Positions 58,241-64,000 of a stretch of 64,000 nt of DNA are shown in pieces. Origin of the DNA: an uncultured virus (IMG/VR IMGVR_UViG_3300007770_000008). Taxonomy: Duplodnaviria; Heunggongvirae; Uroviricota; Caudoviricetes. How positions within the stretch are numbered: position 1 is the first letter of the stretch; every line of letters begins with the position of its first letter. The translations under genes and the position numbers were made by a program. The DNA is taken from IMG/VR virus record IMGVR_UViG_3300007770_000008; one strand, given 5' to 3'. Below the pieces are notes generated by a model. The model saw only the letters and a list, made by a program, of their open reading frames with translations, ran no database searches and was not told the DNA's origin.

Positions 58241-58816
58241 TCACCTGAAAGTTGTTGAGAAGGTCAGTTCTGTCCTTTTGTCGTAATGGTCTCGTTTGAA
58301 ACCTGCTGTCTCGATCGCCGCTAACGCCTCGTCGTACAAGGTGTCGCTGGCGTGACCAATTCGCTTGAGCAAATTGACCTTCTCGGCAACGAACAGGCTG
58401 GCGAATTGCTCCGGGGCTCCGCCCATGTCTTGTATATTGTCAATGACGTCGATCATCTTGATTCGCTTGGCCCAGTCGCTCACGCCCGCGAGACGCTGGT
58501 GATCGAGGTACTTCCGTACCGGGCGGCTTAGGTCCGGCACCCATTTGGACACGTTTGTCAGCTCGTCTACTAGCTGGATAGTTTCAAACGAGAATTTGAG
58601 ATTGTGCAACGTGCGAAGACTATAGGCCCCGCAGTCCTCAACTACGTCATGGAGCCAAGCTGCCGCGATCTGGTCTTCAGTAACGTTCGTCTCAAGCGTC
58701 GTTCTTGCGGCAACCCTAGCCGGGTGTTCAATGAACGGGCGACCAGTCCACTTTCGTGTCTGGTCCTCATGGGCCACGTCTGCGAGTTGTGCCGCAAATA
58801 TAATGGTGTTTTGCAT
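58241..58816 (-). CDS. HD-domain hydrolase (Mesh1/SpoT-HD-like)
   Basis: AHEDQTRK...FIEHP, AWLHDVVED, IKMID.IDN; start moved to MQNTII. Confidence 0.85.
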   Translation of the reverse strand: MQNTIIFAAQLADVAHEDQTRKWTGRPFIEHPARVAARTTLETNVTEDQIAAAWLHDVVEDCGAYSLRTLHNLKFSFETIQLVDELTNVSKWVPDLSRPVRKYLDHQRLAGVSDWAKRIKMIDVIDNIQDMGGAPEQFASLFVAEKVNLLKRIGHASDTLYDEALAAIETAGFKRDHYDKRTELTFSTTFR

Positions 58817-58833
58817 GGTGTCCTTTCGATCGT

Positions 58834-59472
58834 TTAAGCCTCGTAGGCCATAATTTGCTGAACAGCAATGATGGCACGATCGGTGCTGAACCAGCCCGAA
58901 TCGTCCCGAAGCTTGCTCTCCATGTCTATCCACCAGTGATCGCCTTGCAGCAAATCTCCAATCCGGGGCAGCTCGGTGGCCAAGTTGTCAGGCCCCAGGC
59001 CTCCTGCAAACCCTACAGGCTTGACGGTGTCGGGCCTGCTCCAGGTTTCTGGCGTGATCCCTCGGCCACCAGAATTGTCGACGAGTATTGAGTGATTAGG
59101 TAGTTCCAAATCAATCAGGTCGTGATTGTTTTCGGTGGCTTGGGTGATGATCGTGTGATCCGTGTATATTTCACACAGATCTATCAGAAGCTTCTCGGAG
59201 ACAGTACCGTTCACCTGTATTCTCTGAACAAGGTGAGTCAGCTCCGGTATTTCGTAGTTCTCTAGCTGCTGCCGGGCTTCCCGACCGCATACATGCAGAG
59301 CGGTTAGTCGGTGGCGTAGTTCCGAAAGTATTCGCCAGGCAGTCTTACGTGAAGGGTACCGTGTACGCCCTCGCGGCCTACAAGTGTATAGCACCGCTAG
59401 TTCGCAACTCTTAGGTAGCCACTGCACATCGGTGCGGGCATCTAGCCCGGTAAGGGTGATTTTGTGAAGCAT
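58834..59472 (-). CDS. TrpF-like TIM-barrel protein
   Basis: ITLTGLD, LVDNSGGRG, GFAGGLGPDN, WIDMESKLR; start moved to MLHKIT. Confidence 0.7.
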   Translation of the reverse strand: MLHKITLTGLDARTDVQWLPKSCELAVLYTCRPRGRTRYPSRKTAWRILSELRHRLTALHVCGREARQQLENYEIPELTHLVQRIQVNGTVSEKLLIDLCEIYTDHTIITQATENNHDLIDLELPNHSILVDNSGGRGITPETWSRPDTVKPVGFAGGLGPDNLATELPRIGDLLQGDHWWIDMESKLRDDSGWFSTDRAIIAVQQIMAYEA

Positions 59473-59479
59473 CGTATAT

Positions 59480-60853
59480 CTAGTCCCCTGGGAAGAACAC
59501 TGGCTGGCCTTCGCTCTTGGCACTTGCGTCTTGTAGTCCGAAGGCCATTTCAAGGTCCTCCTTTGGTGGTTTCCTGTTTTCGACACGAACAGTGCAGCTC
59601 GGCGGCGTCGGGTTGTCCGGGCTTAAAATGGCTCGCAACAGCTTTGCCTGAATATCCGCCATGCTTTTGCCGCGTTCTACGTAGCCGAGCAGTTGCTGTG
59701 TTTCTTTTGGGTCAAGTTCGCGATCAAGCAATGCGGTAGCCATGTTAAGTGCTTGTTCGTTGGTGGCAGCAGGCAAGTGCACTTGAAGGTCCACGCGACC
59801 CGGTCTGATCAGTGCCGGGTCTAGCTTTTCAGGGTGATTGCTAGTCATGATGACTAGCCTGCCTGCTGAGCGGGTAATCCCGTCCAAAGCATTGAGAATA
59901 CCCGACAACGTCAAGCCGTAACCCATTTCACCGTCAATAAGCGTAATAGACGTCTGCCTGTCTTCTTCGTCGTCACCCCGTCGACGTTGTGTAACGGCGG
60001 CACAGTCTATGTCTTCGATCAGCAGAACGCAGCGAGAAGGTATTCCTTCTACCAGCTTGGCGAATTTCGCGTCGTTCAACCCACTCGCCAGCGACAACGT
60101 GTATACGTTCAACTCGAGGTGGCTAGCAATCGCGGCAACAGCAGTGGTCTTACCGCAGCCAGGTGGGCCAGCAAACAGGTAGCCTCTGCGGTGCGGTAAG
60201 CCATGTTGCTCATACCAGTCGCCGTCGGCAATGAATTTGTCAACGTCCTGTATAACGCGGTGCAACTGACCTTCCGGCCAGAAGACATTGTCTAAGCTAC
60301 GTTGTTGCCCTTTACCGACGCTGTACCAGCCGCTGTCGAAACGGTATACCCAGTACCAGCCTCTAGACGGTGGGCCCCAAGACGCGTCTCTCGCGGTGGC
60401 GACGAAGTCGTATATGAATTCTTTTCCCCAACATAGGGTACTGAGCTGCACCGTTTCCTCGTATGCCTTGTTAGACCCGGCCTTGCTTTCAAGCTCACGC
60501 CTGGTCCGGTCGAACCACAGCGGCCAACCTTTGAACCAGATTATGTGCCAACCTGGTGCCAGGCTTATTCGTAGATCCGGCCTCTCGCCGTAGTCTCCTG
60601 GGTTGACTGTTCTGAGTGACCAGAATCCTCGTACGTAGTGTTCAGTGTGTTCGTCTAGCCAGTCGAAAATCCAGCCAGTCGCAGGATCATTGTCCGTCAG
60701 CAACATCGTGGTCACTGTATAACGCTTGATCCAGTAGTAGATCTTGTGCGGTACGTTTCGTAGGTAGGCCAGGATTCCTGCTAGTATGCCTAGCATCAGC
60801 CCGCCGGTGAAGAACTGGTTGTCGGACGTTAGCAGGCTTGTGAGCCATTCCAT
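59480..60853 (-). CDS. BCS1-like membrane-anchored AAA+ ATPase
   Basis: N-terminal TM, PG.H..W, RRGYLFAGPPGCGKT, LLIEDID, TLSGILNALDG, LDPALIRPGRVD. Confidence 0.9.
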   Translation of the reverse strand: MEWLTSLLTSDNQFFTGGLMLGILAGILAYLRNVPHKIYYWIKRYTVTTMLLTDNDPATGWIFDWLDEHTEHYVRGFWSLRTVNPGDYGERPDLRISLAPGWHIIWFKGWPLWFDRTRRELESKAGSNKAYEETVQLSTLCWGKEFIYDFVATARDASWGPPSRGWYWVYRFDSGWYSVGKGQQRSLDNVFWPEGQLHRVIQDVDKFIADGDWYEQHGLPHRRGYLFAGPPGCGKTTAVAAIASHLELNVYTLSLASGLNDAKFAKLVEGIPSRCVLLIEDIDCAAVTQRRRGDDEEDRQTSITLIDGEMGYGLTLSGILNALDGITRSAGRLVIMTSNHPEKLDPALIRPGRVDLQVHLPAATNEQALNMATALLDRELDPKETQQLLGYVERGKSMADIQAKLLRAILSPDNPTPPSCTVRVENRKPPKEDLEMAFGLQDASAKSEGQPVFFPGD

Positions 60854-60873
60854 TACATAGCTCCTAGGGTATG

Positions 60874-60902
60874 AAAAAAGCCCCGCCAGAACGGCGGGGC
60901 TT
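60874..60902 (-). terminator. Intrinsic terminator closing the RNA array
   Basis: Minus strand AAGCCCCGCC-GTTCT-GGCGGGGCTT-TTTT. Confidence 0.8.
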
Positions 60903-60957
60903 AGTTGGGGCAGGGGCTCGGTTTTTCACCGATAAAGCATGCACACCCCTACATAAG

Positions 60958-61079
60958 TTGCAGGCCTGGGAGTCGAACCCAGTCGGCCTCAGTTCAAATG
61001 AGGATAACAGTCTTGCGATCAGCCCGTTGCCGGGCAAGTTAGTGCTGGACCGCGTTTAGCCTGTCACCAGACACCTGCA
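60958..61079 (-). ncRNA. tRNA-Y chimera, anticodon loop TGA (Ser)
   Basis: TGCAGGT/GCCTGCA acceptor, T arm CTGGG-TTCGACT-CCCAG, insert 61003..61058, CCTCA-TTTGAAC-TGAGG. Confidence 0.75.
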
Positions 61080-61341
61080 ATTGATGATTGTAATTGTACC
61101 CTTACTACTTGTTTCTAGCAACCACCTGAGGGATCGACTAACTCTATAGTAGCGAAGATATGCGGCTCGTCCTCCGCACTGTACTGGTGTTTCAGGTCAG
61201 TATGGTAGAGCTGGGTTACACGGTAGCGGCCAGGGACGACCTCGACTTGCTCGTGATAATCGTCCACAAGTTCGTCATACAGTTCCGCCCCGCACGTGCC
61301 CAGGGTTACTGGGCAGAGGTAGGCCAGATGAAGCCCTAGAG

Positions 61342-61467
61342 TGGTAGGGGCAGGATTCGAACCTGCACTAACTCGGTGTAAACGAGATAACAATCTACCT
61401 GTCAGCCTGTTGCCGGGCAAGGTAGTGGTGGATCGTGTTGTTGTGCTAACCATTACACTACCCTACC
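61342..61467 (-). ncRNA. tRNA-Y chimera, anticodon loop TAC (Val)
   Basis: GGTAGGG/CCCTACC acceptor, D arm, insert 61386..61439, AC|TCG-TTTACAC-CGAGT, GCAGG-TTCGAAT-CCTGC. Confidence 0.8.
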
Positions 61468-61473
61468 AAATTA

Positions 61474-61539
61474 CCGGGTAAGTGGACGTCGTGAAGGGCG
61501 GATCATTTACAGTGATAACCTTCATTGACTTCAACCCGG
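61474..61539 (-). ncRNA. Minimal Y RNA with Tyr(GTA) loop
   Basis: CCGGGTTGA...GTTATCA-CTGTAAA-TGAT...CTTACCCGG. Confidence 0.7.
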
Positions 61540-61542
61540 AAG

Positions 61543-61669
61543 CTGCAGGCCCTGGAATCGAACCAGGTCTAGCCTCTTAGCAGGAGGATAACAATCTACC
61601 TGTCAGCCCATTACTGGGCAAGTGTACGGTGGATCGGTTTTTGCTGTGCTACCATTACACTAGCCTGCA
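61543..61669 (-). ncRNA. tRNA-Y chimera, anticodon loop GCT (Ser)
   Basis: TGCAGGC/GCCTGCA acceptor, insert 61587..61642, GC|CTC-CTGCTAA-GAGGC, CCTGG-TTCGATT-CCAGG. Confidence 0.8.
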
Positions 61670-61674
61670 AAATA

Positions 61675-61750
61675 TGCGGGTAAGGGTTTGGGGAAGGCGT
61701 TTCGTACATCTTCCAAAAAGTTGTGATAACCTTCTTCCAATCAACCCGCA
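61675..61750 (-). ncRNA. Minimal Y RNA (loop identity unclear)
   Basis: TGCGGGTTGA...GAAGGTTATC...CCTTC...CTTACCCGCA. Confidence 0.7.
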
Positions 61751-61752
61751 AG

Positions 61753-61821
61753 TCGTAAAGCCGGGAGTCGAACCCAGTACCCGCACAAGCGGGCAAGCCA
61801 GCGTTTGCTACGCACTTCACA
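61753..61821 (-). ncRNA. Short tRNA-like RNA with truncated Ro stem
   Basis: TGTGAAG/CTTTACG acceptor, GCGT/ACGC D-like arm, CTTGCCCGC-TTGT-GCGGGT, CTGGG-TTCGACT-CCCGG T arm. Confidence 0.55.
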
Positions 61822-61827
61822 ATAAAG

Positions 61828-61955
61828 AGCCAGAGCTGGGACTCGAACCCAGGACCTAAAGTTGGAGTTAACGATTAACCTTCAGCCCGTCGATCGGGCA
61901 AGCTAACGGAAAACCGTGTTTAAGACTTTTGCTCTACCAACTGAGCTACTCCGGC
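61828..61955 (-). ncRNA. tRNA-Y chimera, insert in the anticodon loop, TCC (Gly)-like
   Basis: GCCGGAG/CTCTGGC acceptor, canonical GCTCAGTTGGTAGAGC D arm, AAAGT-CT|TCCA-ACTTT, insert 61867..61922. Confidence 0.75.
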
Positions 61956-62028
61956 TTGGTGCGATTGGTAGCCCTTTCAATGCTACTTTTAGGGCGTTGC
62001 CTCTCAGCACTCCGCAACCGCATAAATA

Positions 62029-62090
62029 GCGAGCAAGTGGACGCGTTAGGGGTGATATCTTAAAAGGATAACCCTAGTGCTTCAGCTCGC
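62029..62090 (-). ncRNA. Minimal Y RNA with Lys(TTT) loop
   Basis: GCGAGCTGA...GTTATC-CTTTTAA-GATA...CTTGCTCGC. Confidence 0.7.
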
Positions 62091-62095
62091 GTGTG

Positions 62096-62462
62096 TCATC
62101 GTAGGAGGTCGATCCTCCCCTTTCCTAGTACTTGTTTGATTGTAGCGGATTTACCTGACCGGTGATCCTTTACCAGGCCCGACTTGAAGTCATAGGTTCG
62201 GACCGTCGTATTGTCATGGATCTTTGCGTCTCGGTCGGCTTTCTTCTCAGCAGCCCGTTTCTCCGCTTTGGCTTCGGCAAGTCTCTTGCTAAAGACGCCG
62301 TAACGCTTCCCGCTTGTTCTTGTGCTGGTCACGTCCGTCGATAGTGACGGAAATACCAGTAGGAATGTGGGTGGCTCGGACACAGGAATCGGTTTTATTC
62401 TTGTGCTGTCCGCCTTTACCCTTTCCACGGAAGGTTTCGATCTTCACGTCTTTCTTGTTCAC
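62096..62462 (-). CDS. GGQ peptidyl-tRNA hydrolase / release-factor-like protein, split by a +1 frameshift
   Basis: AGGAG RBS and GTG at 62462; [28 protein letters not shown] stops at CTT-TAG (62294..62289); VRTYDF...VKDHR continues in the +1 frame. Confidence 0.75.
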
Positions 62463-62491
62463 GAGACTGCTCCTAAGTAATCATCAGCAAG

Positions 62492-62618
62492 GCAGGCCAC
62501 TAGGAGTTGCACCTAGACTACCGGCTCCGAATGCGTTAACGATTTCCATTCAGCCCGTTTCCGGACAAGGGGCTGGAGACCGCGTTTTACGGCGTGCTAT
62601 CTGTTACACTATGGCCTG
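62492..62618 (-). ncRNA. tRNA-Y chimera, anticodon loop TCG (Arg)
   Basis: CAGGCCA/TGGCCTG acceptor, insert 62535..62589, CCG|GC-ATTCGGA-GCCGG, CTAGG-TGCAACT-CCTAG. Confidence 0.75.
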
Positions 62619-62626
62619 CATAAGTA

Positions 62627-62694
62627 ATGTGGGTAAGGTGATTGTTCGAAGGGGTTCTTCATTTGGGGTGATAACCTTCAACTTCAACCCACAT
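62627..62694 (-). ncRNA. Minimal Y RNA with Trp(CCA)-like loop
   Basis: ATGTGGGTTGA...GTTATCA-CCCCAAA-TGA...CTTACCCACAT. Confidence 0.7.
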
Positions 62695-62731
62695 AACTAT
62701 CGTAGTAACGCCCCCTGGAGGCGTCAAGTGC

Positions 62732-63640
62732 TTAATTCGGATTGAGCGTAGCAAAGGCTTCTTCAACCAGAGCCCTTGCCTTGTCCGACGGCTCGTCCGG
62801 CGTTTCGTCTTCTCCGAAGTCGTCCCCTTCCAACTCTCGGATTCGGGCAATAGCCTCGTCCGACGTCTTCTGGAAAACTACTACGGAAATCAGCAGCTCT
62901 TTGAGGGCTGCCAGACTAAAGCCCTCTGTTTGGCTTGCCCAGGTAGCCAGGGTTTCCGCAGGCACGTCAAAACTGCTTTGACCGGCGACGAACTCCAAGT
63001 ACTCTTGCCGTTGGGGCTTACCAGGCTGGCCTATCTCCAGCAAGGTGTCGATCCGGGAAGGTCGGCAACGAATTCGCTTCGGAACTTCGTCAAGGTTATT
63101 GGTTGTTGCCAGGAAAAGGATCCCGTGGCCCATGCTCGTAGAGCCGTCCATGAGTTCCAGTAGTTCTTCCTCTTCGCCGTACTCACAGATACGCTCGATG
63201 TCTTCGATTACACCTAGTACCGGACGTCCCGGCTCGATTTGACGAAGCAGTGGCATGCAGCTCCGGAAATGGTCCACCCCGGATATGAACGTGACAACTC
63301 CCTTACGCTCGATCGTGTCCCGGATTACCAGTTGGACAATTCCGGTTTTGCCGCAACCAGGAGGCCCGTGGAGGAGTACACCACGTTTGTGGGTCACGCC
63401 CAGGTTTTTGTAGTGCTCGCCTGTGCTCCAAAACCGCCGGATCTCCTCAACGATTTCATGAGCAGGTCCGTTACGGAATTCACACAACCGCTCATCTTTC
63501 TGCTGCTTGCGGTTTGCCAGCGGGTTGCCCCAGTTGTCTGTTTTGAAGTGGTACAGCCCAGAAGGCAACTGGTCAACAGTCTCGTGCGTGCCGGTGTAGA
63601 CATCACGAGACGTGTTGTGGCTCCATTGCTTAAAACTCAT
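62732..63640 (-). CDS. AAA+ ATPase
   Basis: KRGVLLHGPPGCGKT, VIEDIE, LATTN, RPSRID. Confidence 0.88.
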   Translation of the reverse strand: MSFKQWSHNTSRDVYTGTHETVDQLPSGLYHFKTDNWGNPLANRKQQKDERLCEFRNGPAHEIVEEIRRFWSTGEHYKNLGVTHKRGVLLHGPPGCGKTGIVQLVIRDTIERKGVVTFISGVDHFRSCMPLLRQIEPGRPVLGVIEDIERICEYGEEEELLELMDGSTSMGHGILFLATTNNLDEVPKRIRCRPSRIDTLLEIGQPGKPQRQEYLEFVAGQSSFDVPAETLATWASQTEGFSLAALKELLISVVVFQKTSDEAIARIRELEGDDFGEDETPDEPSDKARALVEEAFATLNPN

Positions 63641-63683
63641 TGCATCCTCGTGTTAGTGTCTAGTGTCCGCAAGTAAGGCGGAG

Positions 63684-64000
63684 TTACCGCTTGCCGCCGC
63701 TAGTGCTTGCCGCAGCGGCTTGCACTTCGCTCAACGCCTGTCGACCGGAAGCGGATTCCAGGGCAGCCTGGGTGATAGCCTTCGCGTCGTCATGGGCTTG
63801 GGCCAGCTGTGCTTGCAACGCTTCGATCTGAGCGTCAGCAGCGTCACAGCGTGCGTTGGCATTGCTGAGCTGAGCCTTGGCCAGTTTGACTTCGGTGTCA
63901 CATTGAGACTTGACTGACGCCAAGGCATGTTGATGGTCACGGTCAGCCGCCGCCTTCGCGTCGTCATGGGCCTCTTGAACCGCCTCGGCCAGCTTGTCGC
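63684..64000 (-). CDS. Ala-rich coiled-coil protein, 5' end beyond the window
   Basis: ORF 63684..63923 frame stays open up to the window edge. Confidence 0.5.
   Translation of the reverse strand, partial: DKLAEAVQEAHDDAKAAADRDHQHALASVKSQCDTEVKLAKAQLSNANARCDAADAQIEALQAQLAQAHDDAKAITQAALESASGRQALSEVQAAAASTSGGKR

Noticed and set aside
61115..61453. 112 aa minus-strand ORF, and other short ORFs across 60871-62850
   Set aside because: They overlap tRNA-Y elements. The 61115-61340 part may be a gene remnant but has no independent start I can support.
62289..62291. TAG recoding (alternative genetic code) as the explanation for the stop in the GGQ gene
   Set aside because: The conserved C-terminal half is in the +1 frame, and many intact genes here end cleanly at TAG.
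61003..62589. Group I intron or archaeal BHB intron reading of the tRNA inserts
   Set aside because: 55 nt is far too short for group I; I saw no bulge-helix-bulge; the inserts match the Y-like stem instead.
60958..62694. CRISPR array interpretation of the recurring gataac/tcaacccg motifs
   Set aside because: The units are not identical direct repeats with regular spacers; they vary with compensatory pairing and include tRNA arms.

Overview
64 kb of what reads as a large (jumbo-type) dsDNA phage genome. Almost every credible gene is on the minus strand; the single exception is a gpA-like terminase large subunit. A Planctomycetota-like host is my inference from the ubiquitin-like protein type, CsrA, alpha-CTD and CarF-like genes, not something the sequence proves. 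About 5-34 kb is a nucleotide-metabolism, replication and recombination block: RuvC-like resolvase, DEDDh exonuclease, ThyX, RecA, UDG-fused family A polymerase, primase, DnaB-like and SF2 helicases, SbcCD. Embedded in it are a solo RAMP/Cas7-like gene and a degenerate IS110-like gene. At 34.1-37.5 kb is a complete ubiquitin-like operon (Ubl, E2+Zn fingers, JAB, E1). About 48-63 kb is an RNA repair/tRNA island with Ro60 (TROVE), Thg1, a 2H phosphoesterase, an Rnl2-like ligase, an HD hydrolase, a nucleotidyltransferase and a frameshifted GGQ factor. The most striking feature is a family of about 13 Y-RNA-like elements near Ro60. Five are tRNA genes with a 54-56 nt circularly permuted Ro-stem module inserted into the anticodon arm; removing it on paper restores a 66-72 nt tRNA. 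Four are minimal Y RNAs, three of which display a bare anticodon loop. Together they form a library of different anticodon loops (Ser, Val, Arg, Gly, Tyr, Lys, Trp). All protein and RNA calls come from motif reading by eye; no searches or folding were run.
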